Origin: an uncultured Pseudomonadales bacterium
Lineage (GTDB): Bacteria; Patescibacteriota; Microgenomatia; UBA1400; PJMF01
Assembly: GCA_964457085.1 (NCBI GenBank)
Contig: CAYWDM010000001.1
Span: 242,914-306,913, forward strand
Direction: 5' to 3'
DNA length: 64,000 nucleotides
Below, in pieces: positions 9,830 to 19,703 of this stretch; position 1 is the first letter of the stretch, and each line of letters opens with the position of its first letter. A program made the translations under genes and the position numbers. The notes under the pieces were generated by a model. It was not told the DNA's origin, searched no databases, and saw nothing but the letters and a program-made list of their open reading frames with translations.

Positions 9830-9887
9830 CGAACCCGCGACCTTCTCCTTGGCAAGGAGACGCTCTAGCCAGCTGAGCTATTCTCGC
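9814..9887 (-). tRNA. tRNA-Gly(GCC)
   Basis: Cloverleaf by hand. Acceptor GCGAGAA/TTCTCGC, anticodon loop TTGCCAA, T-loop TTCGAAT, discriminator U. No CCA encoded. Confidence 0.9.
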
Positions 9888-10078
9888 ATATGATCAAGTT
9901 GCGATTATGCCACAAAACATCTCAAACTTCCAAACCCAACGCAATCGAATAGTCGGCCAAGGGCTTGAACGTGCCACCACCTGGCTAGTGATACTCGGAG
10001 CCAACCTGGTTAAAATTGTCATCGATACCATCACCTATATGGTCAAGATGTTAATGGGCAAATATTAACTTTTTAAGG

Positions 10079-10151
10079 TGCCAAGCTAAGGAATCGAACC
10101 TTAATGTCATGTTTTTCAGACATGCGCCTTGACCAACTTGGCTAGCTTGGC
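10079..10151 (-). tRNA. tRNA-Phe(GAA)
   Basis: Acceptor GCCAAGC/GCTTGGC, anticodon stem CATGT/ACATG, loop CTGAAAA, T-loop TTCGATT, discriminator A. Confidence 0.9.
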
Positions 10152-10249
10152 ATATCACCTGGACAGAACAGTATTATAACCAACCTCATCGAGTTTGTCA
10201 TACTGAATGTGGGCACGCTGTGATTTTTACTCAAATCTGCATAAAAACG

Positions 10250-10285
10250 CAAAAAGCCCCTTGACTAGCAAAGGGCTTTTCTTTA
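10250..10285. terminator. rho-independent terminator (bidirectional)
   Basis: AAAAGCCC ... GGGCTTTT stem flanked by A and T runs. Confidence 0.5.
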
Positions 10286-10468
10286 TTCATTGCGATTTTT
10301 GGGTGGACGAGTAGCGATGGTTTCCACCACCACAACTCCAATTGCCCCCAACAAAATCAAAATTCCCAATATTCCTCCAAACACCTCAAGGGGTCCTGGA
10401 TTAAAATTGGATACCTGATCTAGCTGGAAACCAGCTCTTACTAAGAGGGCGATCAGCCACAGAGGCAT
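10283..10468 (-). CDS. small membrane protein (61 aa)
   Basis: ATG at 10468 preceded by an AAGGAG SD. One long hydrophobic helix (GGILGILILLGAIGVVVV). The longer ORF in the track (to 10546) has no SD. Confidence 0.45.
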   Translation of the reverse strand: MPLWLIALLVRAGFQLDQVSNFNPGPLEVFGGILGILILLGAIGVVVVETIATRPPKNRNE

Positions 10469-10725
10469 ATTTTTTCTCCTTCCATAATGGATTCTCACCA
10501 CTTTCGTGAGTAGAGTAGAACACAGACCTAAAACATCTGAGCTCAAATCTACTCACGTAACTAAAATCGCAACTTGTTAAAGAATGTAGTTTCTTTTGAA
10601 AACCGCTTAAGTCTTCGCGATGAAGACAAGCAAATAACAAAATCCACTAACTACAGCATACCATTAACTAGTCCATTATGCAAATATTATAGGACTATAT
10701 GAATTATAAAAAAGAAACTTGAAAG

Positions 10726-10799
<74 letters not shown>

Positions 10800-10883
10800 G
10801 AATCACTATTCTCGAGGACAATTTTAGCAGATTTATGAAAAGATACACAACAAAAAATACTTTTCCCAAAAAAATTAAGAATG

Positions 10884-11312
10884 TTATTCACTTGGAAACA
10901 GCAACTTAAACCTCTCCTGTAATTCATGTATTTCATCTGAAGACAAGGAATTTTTCACTTTATTGAGTACTTTGTTGAAAACATATGCCGCTTCATCAGC
11001 CACAGCATCGTAAAATTCTTGCTGATTCACTACGTCTTTCAGTTCTGCCTGAAGTGTGGCAAAAGTTGTAGCAACAATTTGATCATTACTGACGTTATTC
11101 GATATTTCACTTAAGAGAGCAGTGACTCGAGCTCTCTCATCACCCTCAACAAGCTTGATGATTCTGACAAAAACTCTCTGAAATACGTTTACAATCAACA
11201 TTTGCACCATTCGTGGTCTCTCTGCCACTGGTTGCTTTGACAACTGTAGTAGGCTTATCAAGAGCAAGTTGTATTTTTCAAAAAATGTAACTTCTGCCAT
11301 ATGCAACTCCAC
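10884..11312 (-). CDS. hypothetical protein
   Basis: Intact ORF tandem with 11322-11885. No recognisable motif. Confidence 0.45.
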   Translation of the reverse strand: MELHMAEVTFFEKYNLLLISLLQLSKQPVAERPRMVQMLIVNVFQRVFVRIIKLVEGDERARVTALLSEISNNVSNDQIVATTFATLQAELKDVVNQQEFYDAVADEAAYVFNKVLNKVKNSLSSDEIHELQERFKLLFPSE

Positions 11313-11321
11313 ACTTAGTGA

Positions 11322-11885
11322 CTATTCTGACTTTTCAGCTGTATCTTGATTCAAATCGCCAGCGACCCCTTTGACCTCTGCCTGATTAGCGTGTTCTTCA
11401 TCTCCCTCCGACAATTCCTCTGAGTACCCAAACGCGTTCAATCCTTGTCGCTGGTCATCACTCATCGACTGCCAAACTTTTACCGCAAATGCTTTTTCAA
11501 CTGCTGCTGCCGCAATCTCATATTTTTCCCTCAAAGTACTATTGTATTTTCCAACCAGCTTATCTACACCTAATCCTGCCATTGCACTAGCAAATATTGC
11601 AGCATCAACTCCAACACTGTTTTCAGACAAAAAATGAGCTGCTAGTAAAACAAGATAAGTGGATGCGGATGTAAGCCAACCAAACAAACCTGCAGGTAGT
11701 TCACTCTTATTAAATAGTTCCCTAAACAGCACATCAGTTTCATGGTCCAGCTCACGCATCACCTCGCCAAGCTGTCCTTCAATATTTTCCAACCCCTCAG
11801 GGTACAAACTCTCAATTATTCCAATGTTAAACCATGCTGGGGGAATAGCTACGTCAATTTTTTGAGTTGCTGTTGTTTCTGTCAT
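11322..11885 (-). CDS. hypothetical protein (acidic C-terminus)
   Basis: Intact 187-aa ORF. No recognisable motif. Confidence 0.5.
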   Translation of the reverse strand: MTETTATQKIDVAIPPAWFNIGIIESLYPEGLENIEGQLGEVMRELDHETDVLFRELFNKSELPAGLFGWLTSASTYLVLLAAHFLSENSVGVDAAIFASAMAGLGVDKLVGKYNSTLREKYEIAAAAVEKAFAVKVWQSMSDDQRQGLNAFGYSEELSEGDEEHANQAEVKGVAGDLNQDTAEKSE

Positions 11886-12150
11886 GCTTCAATCAAGTCA
11901 CTTATCACCACACTTGAGTTCTATTAGCTCATAGTACTCGTGTTCATTTTCACAGTCAAGAATGCCATTATACAAATTAGAATGGAGGTAAACGAATCTG
12001 TCAAAAAATCGACCACTGACATCTAAAATACAGCCAAACATCTTGCTAGTATGGTAGTATTTAATCTGCCCAGAAAAACTTATATCATCAAATAACCTTT
12101 AAAATTCATCTATATCATCAGAGATTGATGGTCACTATAATCTCAAGTAG

Positions 12151-14601
12151 ATGCAAGAATCTGATCGACGATCAATTGAAAAACACCCTGATAATGTGGT
12201 TGAAGCCGTCAGATTTTTAGATGGTGAAGGCAAACTGCTTGATCCATATCTCGCAGAGGTTCTCAGAAAACAAATTCAACAATTCATTAAACATGATGAG
12301 GTGCTTCGACAACGTGGCTGGCTATTCAATGCAGTTTTACCCTCAAGTTATACAGCTCGGGGAGAACGAAATAATCTACGGCAACAAATTGAAATTAAAT
12401 TAGATGCATTTCGAAACATGGTTGCCATGTTCGAGAGTATCGAAAGTTTGCCTCGTGCCGCTACAGAAATGGCCAAATGGGGTGCAGAAGAACTCATCTT
12501 ACCCTTTCTCAAACCAGCACTTGAAGGAGATTCAGATGCCGATGATGCTTTTGTATCCAATCGAGAAATTTGGTTTAAGGGTCTAGAGAGAATGATGAGA
12601 GCTTCACAAGCCTGGCGGATGCTACTGCAAGCCAATGAAAAAATTAATAATGGGAACGGCTCAACTATTGCACTCGGAGGTCTGGAAACCAAACAAAAAT
12701 TCGTTACCGCAGTCTATGCACTCATGGATTCTAAAAACTCTCCAGCCTTCGCAGACTTCAAAAAATTAATTGATCAATTTTTTGTTCCAGAAGGATTGGA
12801 GCCGTTCTACCGAACAGCTAAATTGGTGAGTGTTAAAGCAATGCTAATGGGCAAGTCTAAAAAAATAAGTCCCACTGATGCTGCCATTCAATTTGCCCAA
12901 GAACACGGAGTGAGGGCTCAAAATGATGGCTTAACAGACCCCAATCCAGAAACTGAAGTTAATGAAGTGTATGATCCACTTTTTTATGAATATCTTTGGA
13001 TGGTGGTCAATGGTGAGACAACACCATATATGTTGGGTCTTTCTAAACAACTAAAAGAGGCTGGACGTCGAGCCGATGCAAGCGAAGCCGATATGTTTCA
13101 ACCAAAAATCTGGCTTGGACCAGCTACAGAAAGTGACGTAACCGTAAATAGAGCAACAGAAGTTGGTGAGATGCTGAGAGTCGATTTTTCTACAACAGCT
13201 TCGGACAACGACTGGATGGATGCTCGACTCAATGACATTGCAGTTGATACTGCACTAGAAAACGAAAAAAAACCAGAGCAGGAGGGTGCTATCTGGCTCG
13301 CAATCGAAGTTGACCTAAACGAAGTGCTCGGACCCAATAGTGCCTTCGCTTGGTATATAAAAACTATCGGAGCAGTCGAAAAACCACTATTGCAACTAGG
13401 AGTGCCCATATCCATATCAGAAGCTAAAATACTTATCAAATCTCCACAACAAAAAAATCCGGATGAAATTAGGCGAGCAATTATTGATGCTTGGATTAAC
13501 CGTGACGTCGGAGCGTTGCTGTGGCATGGTTTTGGTGCTGAAGACGAAGTCTTTATGACCTCAGGCTGGGCGTCAACAGCCTTCAATACGTTAATTCCTG
13601 ATGGCACAGGTGCACATGGTCAGCGAATTACAAAGGAAGCACTACAACAAGGCGAGTTGGCAGCGTGTTTAAAGGGTAGACTCACCGGTGGAATCCTAAA
13701 TGTGCTTGGAAGTCGTGAGACAGGCACTGAGGTTGAAGGCAAGCAAGGTCATCTCGACAGTGCAGGATCGATGGAGCGTGCAGCCTGGTATGTTTTAGAA
13801 ATGAGTCGAGCACTAGGATTATTACCAGGTCAATTTGAAAAGATTCTCACGATCATGTATGGCCACTCGATGGGCGGCCAAATAGCACTTCGGGTAAGAG
13901 CAGGTTTATTGCCTGAAACTGTCAGAGATAAAGTCCATATTATTGCTGCTACACCAGTCTCAACTGCTTCACATAAAATTGACACGTTTCTACATGAAGG
14001 CTTAAATGTTTTGGCAAAAATTGTGATTAGCACTAGGCCAGGCAATTTTGGAGAGATTTTGGCAAAACTTGGCGAGTTGATGCACATAGATGCAAAGATT
14101 ATTAAAGATATGATTCGGCCAAAGGATAATAAGCCCTATGGAGTTGATTTGCATGAGACAACATCAGTTGAGCATTCGCATCGAAAAACCTACAAGAACG
14201 CTGTGGCTTACCTAAAAAACCAAATGAAAAATATCTCTGAATCAAACCAAGCATTTGCCCAAAGAGTGATTGATGAATTATTGGTAACATCAGGTGTTGC
14301 AGGTGGTGACAATTTAACCATTCTTATTGGTTGGCTCGATAAAGTGCTTGATCCAAAACTCATGCTCAAAAACTTCGACGATCACGAGCTGGTATATCAG
14401 AAACAACTCGACCTCTTAGTTAATGACTGGCTTGCTATTTTGCAGTCATGGATGCAGCAACAGGCTACTGCAAAACGAGACTGTAAACTGCCTGAAATCA
14501 TCATTGGCAAATTTGCACACTATTTGAATGTTAATAAAACAGGTCGCGATACGCTCGGAGCTGTCTTTGCTGGTCTAGTAAGAAAATACGGATTTGAGTA
14601 A
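12151..14601 (+). CDS. large hypothetical protein (816 aa) with an embedded alpha/beta-hydrolase-type nucleophile elbow
   Basis: GHSMGG (GxSxG) at about aa 570, with a flanking oxyanion-type HGFG segment. No signal peptide. A TATAAT -10 element lies just upstream. Confidence 0.6.
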   Translation: MQESDRRSIEKHPDNVVEAVRFLDGEGKLLDPYLAEVLRKQIQQFIKHDEVLRQRGWLFNAVLPSSYTARGERNNLRQQIEIKLDAFRNMVAMFESIESLPRAATEMAKWGAEELILPFLKPALEGDSDADDAFVSNREIWFKGLERMMRASQAWRMLLQANEKINNGNGSTIALGGLETKQKFVTAVYALMDSKNSPAFADFKKLIDQFFVPEGLEPFYRTAKLVSVKAMLMGKSKKISPTDAAIQFAQEHGVRAQNDGLTDPNPETEVNEVYDPLFYEYLWMVVNGETTPYMLGLSKQLKEAGRRADASEADMFQPKIWLGPATESDVTVNRATEVGEMLRVDFSTTASDNDWMDARLNDIAVDTALENEKKPEQEGAIWLAIEVDLNEVLGPNSAFAWYIKTIGAVEKPLLQLGVPISISEAKILIKSPQQKNPDEIRRAIIDAWINRDVGALLWHGFGAEDEVFMTSGWASTAFNTLIPDGTGAHGQRITKEALQQGELAACLKGRLTGGILNVLGSRETGTEVEGKQGHLDSAGSMERAAWYVLEMSRALGLLPGQFEKILTIMYGHSMGGQIALRVRAGLLPETVRDKVHIIAATPVSTASHKIDTFLHEGLNVLAKIVISTRPGNFGEILAKLGELMHIDAKIIKDMIRPKDNKPYGVDLHETTSVEHSHRKTYKNAVAYLKNQMKNISESNQAFAQRVIDELLVTSGVAGGDNLTILIGWLDKVLDPKLMLKNFDDHELVYQKQLDLLVNDWLAILQSWMQQQATAKRDCKLPEIIIGKFAHYLNVNKTGRDTLGAVFAGLVRKYGFE

Positions 14602-14619
14602 TTTCAAATTGTCTGCACT

Positions 14620-16419
14620 CTATGTTCCCACAAGTTCTACGAGCATTGCATAGTCGATAGCATTAATTTTGCCGTCGTGGTTGAGATCTGCGTCAGGCAA
14701 AGTTGAAACCGGTCGCAAGTATACGGATATTAATAAACCAACATCTTGATTTTCCACCTTACCGTCATGGTTGAGATCACCAGTTTTATAGCTTGTGATG
14801 GTGGGTGAAGTAGTTGGTAATGTTGTAGGCGTAGGCGTAGTCGTAGGGGATCCTGAAGGTACTATTGTGGGCACTCCTGGAATAACGGACGTGGGACTCG
14901 GAGCACTTTGAATGGTGGGAGAAGGAGAATTTGGTGTTGAGCTACCAAATTCGTGAGCACCAATATCTGGTGTCGTACGAATAGCTCTAAAGAAGTCTTC
15001 CATAATTACTGGATTTGAGGTCTTGGCTTTGCCTATAGCTGGAGAACCAGATGTAATTCTGAAATAACTTGAGGTTAATTGGCCAGCAGCAAGCGTGCCC
15101 GTACGAGCAAGTAATGGATCTGCATAAATATCGTCCACACCACGCTGATTAGCATTTGCTGGTTGAGATGACCACACGTTATTAGAGAATGCAACACGAC
15201 TGTCAGTAGAACCAAAACCCGTAGTTGAATTGCTTTGGGCAATGATATTATTTTCGAATCGAGTATTTACATGTGGTCCATTTGCTATCGCAATGCTAGT
15301 TGGCGTTCCCAAATTTGAATGGGCATCGAGAAATGTATTGTGTGCAATCAGGGTATCTTGCATGAATCCAGGAGTTCCATAAACAGAATTCTCCCAAAAA
15401 CAGAAGTTGTTTTTAAAACCTTTGACTAAATTATTAATTATGGTGATATTTCTAAGCTCACCATACACAGTTGGAGCACCTTCTTTCATGGTACCTATAC
15501 CAACATTTGGATCACCAATTGCACCATTTCGAGCCCTCTGAAACCTAGGGTCGTTGGTATGATAAACCAAGTTTCTTTGAATAAGCACATCTTTTGAATT
15601 GAGAAAGTAAATGCACGCGGACCAACAATCATAAATAGTGTTGTCTTCAATAACGGTGTTGCTGGTTCTACCATGGATGTTAATTCCTTCACCATATGAC
15701 TGAAATATTTGATTATTTCTGATAGTAATATTTGTGGAGTATGGATAGTCAGAATCAACGTATCCAGCATCGTTGGGATTCTTTGATGGATATGGGCCTC
15801 TCACAGCAATTGAGCCCATCCAATTCTGGTCTCTATACCAAGAACTCCGATAATCATTCACCTTGTTGTTCATCCATAGTCTGCTATTTTCAATGATAAT
15901 GTCATTTGAACTTTGTGCTTCAATCGCACTCAGAGCAGTATCATGAATCCAAATATTTTGGAATGTAACGTGGTGAGAGTCGGCAACATAGATCACTCTC
16001 GTTTCAGAATTTTTAATTTCCAAATTTTTAATTAGTACGTATGAGATATTTCTAAAATTAATAAAGCCATACCATAGTCTGTCAACTGCACTTGTGACAC
16101 TAGCTGGAACAAGTGCTGAACCATCCAAAATTGGTCTTTCGTTCTCGTATCCAGAAATCACAAAATTTTGAGCAGCAGTGCCTGTTTTATCATTCCAAAA
16201 TGTTCTGCCGACATTGTAGGTTCCTGCTCTAATATAGAGAATGTCTCCTGCTACTGATAATTTATTCAATCCAGCTTGGAAAGTAAGGAGTGGCTGAGCG
16301 AGAGTGCCAGGATTAGCATCATTACCGTCTGTAGCTACGTAGAAAGTGGCTGCATGTACACTTGCTGTTGAAAAAAGAATGAGAATAAAAACTAAAAAAG
16401 CTCTAAAAAAAATCTTCAT
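14620..16419 (-). CDS. secreted right-handed beta-helix (pectate-lyase-like) protein with a C-terminal dockerin
   Basis: Signal peptide MKIFFRAFLVFILILFSTASVHA. Repeated beta-helix motifs (NNQIFQSYGEGINIHG, IEDNTIYD). A Pro/Thr/Ser linker, then tandem calcium-binding repeats DLNHDGKVENQD / DLNHDGKINAID (dockerin type I). The ATG at 16419 is preferred over the TTG at 16431. Confidence 0.7.
   Translation of the reverse strand: MKIFFRAFLVFILILFSTASVHAATFYVATDGNDANPGTLAQPLLTFQAGLNKLSVAGDILYIRAGTYNVGRTFWNDKTGTAAQNFVISGYENERPILDGSALVPASVTSAVDRLWYGFINFRNISYVLIKNLEIKNSETRVIYVADSHHVTFQNIWIHDTALSAIEAQSSNDIIIENSRLWMNNKVNDYRSSWYRDQNWMGSIAVRGPYPSKNPNDAGYVDSDYPYSTNITIRNNQIFQSYGEGINIHGRTSNTVIEDNTIYDCWSACIYFLNSKDVLIQRNLVYHTNDPRFQRARNGAIGDPNVGIGTMKEGAPTVYGELRNITIINNLVKGFKNNFCFWENSVYGTPGFMQDTLIAHNTFLDAHSNLGTPTSIAIANGPHVNTRFENNIIAQSNSTTGFGSTDSRVAFSNNVWSSQPANANQRGVDDIYADPLLARTGTLAAGQLTSSYFRITSGSPAIGKAKTSNPVIMEDFFRAIRTTPDIGAHEFGSSTPNSPSPTIQSAPSPTSVIPGVPTIVPSGSPTTTPTPTTLPTTSPTITSYKTGDLNHDGKVENQDVGLLISVYLRPVSTLPDADLNHDGKINAIDYAMLVELVGT
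14644..14790. repeat. 147-bp near-identical block (dockerin-coding 3' end), copy 1
   Basis: Matches 16551-16697 with two substitutions. Confidence 0.85.
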
Positions 16420-16480
16420 GTGTTGTCCCAAGTGCTTGTAAACCAGTGTAGCATGATTAGATCTGAAAAATCTAAAAACA
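16366..16480. repeat. about 110-bp shared 5' cassette (signal-peptide codons plus upstream leader), copy 1
   Basis: Highly similar to 17480-17595. Both contain gaatgagaataaaaactaaaaaagctctaaaaaaaatcttcatg and ...cccaagtgc..aaaccagtgta.catga. Confidence 0.7.
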
Positions 16481-16526
16481 GCTCGAATCGCCGCAGTTTT
16501 CTCTATGATTTCTTATCAGCAACACT

Positions 16527-17534
16527 TCATGTTCCTATAAGTTGAGTGATCATTGCGTAGTCGATAGCATTAATTTTGCCGTCGTGGTTGAGATCTGCGT
16601 CAGGCAAAGTTGAAACCGGTCGCAAGTATACGGATATTAATAAACCAACATCTTGATTGTCCACCTTACCGTCATGGTTGAGATCACCAGTTTTATAACT
16701 GGTAATAACAGTAGGCACAGTAGTTGGTACTCCTGGAATGGAGGTTGGAGTTGGCTGAATAGGAGTTGGGGTCGGTGGAACAGCGGTGGGTGCAATGGTA
16801 GGTGAGATACCGTTTGGATTCCAACCTGACAGTCTAGCCATCAGTACCCAAAAAGCTTTTGCAGCCACAGCAGAACCAGCTGCATTCAGATGTCCTCCGT
16901 CCGAACTATAAGAGCTATGCATAGCTTCATAGCCACCATTTGTAACAGTTTTGCCTTTGCTTTCTATGTCCGCTATATCAAACAGAATTTTATTGTTAGC
17001 TATAGCATAATCACGTACTAGTTTATTAAATCCATCTCTATTGGCATTTCCTGTGGTCATAATTGGCATGGTCCACCATACAAATTTCTTCGAGGGGTAC
17101 GTTTGCTCAAGGTAGAGCATCTTGTCACGGTAATAATTCCAAACTGTGGATGGAGTGGCGTTATCAATGTAGCAGAACTTCATTGTAAAAATATCAAAAC
17201 TATTTAACTGACTTGCAGTCTGTGTGACAAAATCATCTACCTTCTCTTTCCAGCCTGGATTTCCTCTGGATTGAAAAACAAAATTCGTTCTACTATGAGT
17301 ATTGTCTACAAGGCCTGTTAAACCTGAATTAACATTACCTCCAACAGAAGCATGACGAAGCAAAATTAATTTTTTATTTGGGTAACTGTTGGTGAGAGTT
17401 GTGAGTGTTGATGAGGGTATTGAACTGAATTGATCAACGGAGTTGTTGTCAATGATAATAGCAGCAGCATCTACACTGGCAGCAGAGAAGAGAATGAGAA
17501 TAAAAACTAAAAAAGCTCTAAAAAAAATCTTCAT
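16527..17534 (-). CDS. secreted SGNH/GDSL-like hydrolase with a C-terminal dockerin
   Basis: Same signal peptide as the neighbouring paralogue. Block-V-like DGGHLNAAG (DGxH). A Pro/Thr linker, then the same dockerin repeat pair. Confidence 0.6.
   Translation of the reverse strand: MKIFFRAFLVFILILFSAASVDAAAIIIDNNSVDQFSSIPSSTLTTLTNSYPNKKLILLRHASVGGNVNSGLTGLVDNTHSRTNFVFQSRGNPGWKEKVDDFVTQTASQLNSFDIFTMKFCYIDNATPSTVWNYYRDKMLYLEQTYPSKKFVWWTMPIMTTGNANRDGFNKLVRDYAIANNKILFDIADIESKGKTVTNGGYEAMHSSYSSDGGHLNAAGSAVAAKAFWVLMARLSGWNPNGISPTIAPTAVPPTPTPIQPTPTSIPGVPTTVPTVITSYKTGDLNHDGKVDNQDVGLLISVYLRPVSTLPDADLNHDGKINAIDYAMITQLIGT
16551..16697. repeat. 147-bp near-identical block (dockerin-coding 3' end), copy 2
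   Basis: Matches 14644-14790. Confidence 0.85.
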
Positions 17535-17595
17535 GAGTTATCCCAAGTGCGTACAAACCAGTGTAACATGAATAGAACTCAAAAATCTAAAAGGG
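17480..17595. repeat. about 110-bp shared 5' cassette, copy 2
   Basis: See copy 1. Confidence 0.7.
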
Positions 17596-17633
17596 ACAAT
17601 TTGGAGTACGACGAGAATGCCTATTTCACAATA

Positions 17634-17843
17634 TTAATCCGTCACTAGCTTCGCCAAAGCCTCTGCAACATCTTGTGGAACACCATTTTCTTTCATTTTT
17701 TGTACGAGCGTCTGTGTGCTGACACTCTCAGCCCGATTCACCTTACTTTGCAACAACATCAACTGAGCGTCACGAATAGCAATATAGCTATCGACTTGAG
17801 CTTTATTGTATCGAGTTAAAACATCATTTGTGGCTGATTCCAT
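17634..17843 (-). CDS. hypothetical small protein (69 aa)
   Basis: AAAGGAAA SD upstream of the ATG at 17843. Predicted helical. Confidence 0.5.
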   Translation of the reverse strand: MESATNDVLTRYNKAQVDSYIAIRDAQLMLLQSKVNRAESVSTQTLVQKMKENGVPQDVAEALAKLVTD

Positions 17844-17928
17844 AGTTTCCTTTGTTATTCAAGTCACTATATCAATTTTTCTCATGAGTTGTTTTCACAA
17901 TTTCAATAATTCATTTTATAGTTACAAA

Positions 17929-18978
17929 TCATTTGGAGATGCTCAACTTGATGGTTTTCAGATCAACAATAAAACCATCAACGGCCTCTAGTTTTGTAGC
18001 CCATGAAGTCACCAACCGAATGCTTGATTTTTCTTCGTCTACCTTTGACCAAACATAAAAGCCATACATAGTTTTAAGTTTTTCAATTAAAGCATTAGGA
18101 AAAATGGGGAAAATTTGGTTGGTTTTAGAATCAGTTAAAAAACCGTATCCCTGCTCTGCAATACCTCGTACTAGTCTGCCTGCCATTTCATCTGCATGTC
18201 GAGCTAATTTAAAATAGAGGTCATTCTTAAACAGTTCCGAGAACTGAATGCCCAAGATTCTACCTTTAGCCAAAAGTGCTCCTCTTTGCTTAAGATGACG
18301 TCTAAAATTTTCTTTTAAATTATTGTTATTAATAACAATAGCCTCACCCAGTAGAGCACCATTTTTAGTACCACCAATATAAAAAATATCGACAAGAGCA
18401 GCTAGCTCTGACAGAGTCATGTCGTAGCTAGTAGAAGCAAGTGCAGAACCCAATCGAGCACCATCAAGATAGAGATACAACTCATTTTGCTTACAGACAT
18501 CAGAAATAGCTTGTAGTTCTTGCTTTGAATATACTGTTCCCACTTCAGTTGAATTGGAAATAAATACTACTCTTGGCTTGACCATATGTTCATCTGAGTG
18601 CTCTGCGCACACGGCTTGAATTTGCTCTGGTCTAATTTTTCCGTCCTGGGTAGATACTGTACAAATTTTATGTCCTGTTGCTTCAATAGCACCGGCCTCG
18701 TGAACAAATATATGTCCCGTATCCACCGCAATAACTGCCTCGAATGGTTTTAAGATTGAAGCCAAAACAATCAGGTTAGCCTGAGTTCCTCCAGAAACAA
18801 AGTGTATGCCGGCGTTAGAATTGCCAACTTTCTCCTTAATAACATTGGCCGCGTTCAGTGAAATACTGTCCTCTCCATACCCTGTTTCTTGAGTGAAGTT
18901 AGTTTGTTGCAGAGCAGCCAGAATGTCAGGATGTGCACCCTCAGAATAATCATTAAAAAAGCTGTATTTGTAATTCAT
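17929..18978 (-). CDS. low-specificity L-threonine aldolase (PLP-dependent, beta-eliminating lyase family)
   Basis: FVSGGTQAN and GGTKNG (PLP-Lys region) motifs and a length of 349 aa fit the threonine aldolase family. Confidence 0.75.
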   Translation of the reverse strand: MNYKYSFFNDYSEGAHPDILAALQQTNFTQETGYGEDSISLNAANVIKEKVGNSNAGIHFVSGGTQANLIVLASILKPFEAVIAVDTGHIFVHEAGAIEATGHKICTVSTQDGKIRPEQIQAVCAEHSDEHMVKPRVVFISNSTEVGTVYSKQELQAISDVCKQNELYLYLDGARLGSALASTSYDMTLSELAALVDIFYIGGTKNGALLGEAIVINNNNLKENFRRHLKQRGALLAKGRILGIQFSELFKNDLYFKLARHADEMAGRLVRGIAEQGYGFLTDSKTNQIFPIFPNALIEKLKTMYGFYVWSKVDEEKSSIRLVTSWATKLEAVDGFIVDLKTIKLSISK

Positions 18979-18998
18979 AGATGGCGATATTTTACTCG

Positions 18999-19703
18999 TT
19001 ACTCATTTGATTTGTAATAATAATCAATAATACCTTCCGCAAGCACTTCATCCGAGTTAATTACACGCTTACCGAGAACAGTGTAATCAACTGCAAGCGG
19101 CAACTCAGTACATCCAAGAATAATACTCTCAGCTCCCTCAGTGAATAACCTATCAATAACGGCAATGTATTTTTCTTTATTAATGGTATGGTTGCTCCCA
19201 GCAATAACTCCTCTAATTATTTCATCCACGACATGCAATTCTTCAGTTGTGGGAGTTACTAGCTCAATACCCAACTCATTTAGCTTATCGTTGTACAGCT
19301 TTGACTCAACGAGTACAGGAGTTCCCAGTAATCCCATTTTTTTATATCCATATGATGCACATTTGTTAGAAACCAAGTCAATCATGGATAAAAATTCAAG
19401 ATTAGATGATTTTTTTAGTTCGCTCAATAATATATGAACTGTATTTGATGCAATGCATACTCTGTCGACCTGAGATTTAGAAAATCTAATCATACATTGA
19501 TTGAGCATATCTAATGCTTGAGGAACTTTTGATTTGTCCGAAATAAAATCGGGAATTGGCAGGGATTCGATGATGACATGTGGAAAATCATCATTATTCT
19601 CTGCTTTGTATTTACTCTGGGCAAGTTCAATTATCTTCCCATATAAATAGTGTGTAGCCTGTGGACCAACACCACCGACAATGCCAATTGTTTTATTTTT
19701 CAT
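18999..19703 (-). CDS. aspartate/glutamate racemase family protein
   Basis: GIVGGVGPQAT near the N-terminus and GCTELP in the C-terminal half, the two catalytic-Cys regions of Asp/Glu racemases. Confidence 0.8.
   Translation of the reverse strand: MKNKTIGIVGGVGPQATHYLYGKIIELAQSKYKAENNDDFPHVIIESLPIPDFISDKSKVPQALDMLNQCMIRFSKSQVDRVCIASNTVHILLSELKKSSNLEFLSMIDLVSNKCASYGYKKMGLLGTPVLVESKLYNDKLNELGIELVTPTTEELHVVDEIIRGVIAGSNHTINKEKYIAVIDRLFTEGAESIILGCTELPLAVDYTVLGKRVINSDEVLAEGIIDYYYKSNE

Noticed and set aside
9666-9893. 75-aa ORF on the + strand
   Set aside because: It lies entirely within the tRNA-Gly gene and repeat/terminator region, and the reading frame runs through the tRNA. Spurious.
9930-10010. 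Additional tRNA between tRNA-Gly and tRNA-Phe
   Set aside because: T-loop-like motifs are present, but no acceptor or anticodon stems can be paired on either strand.
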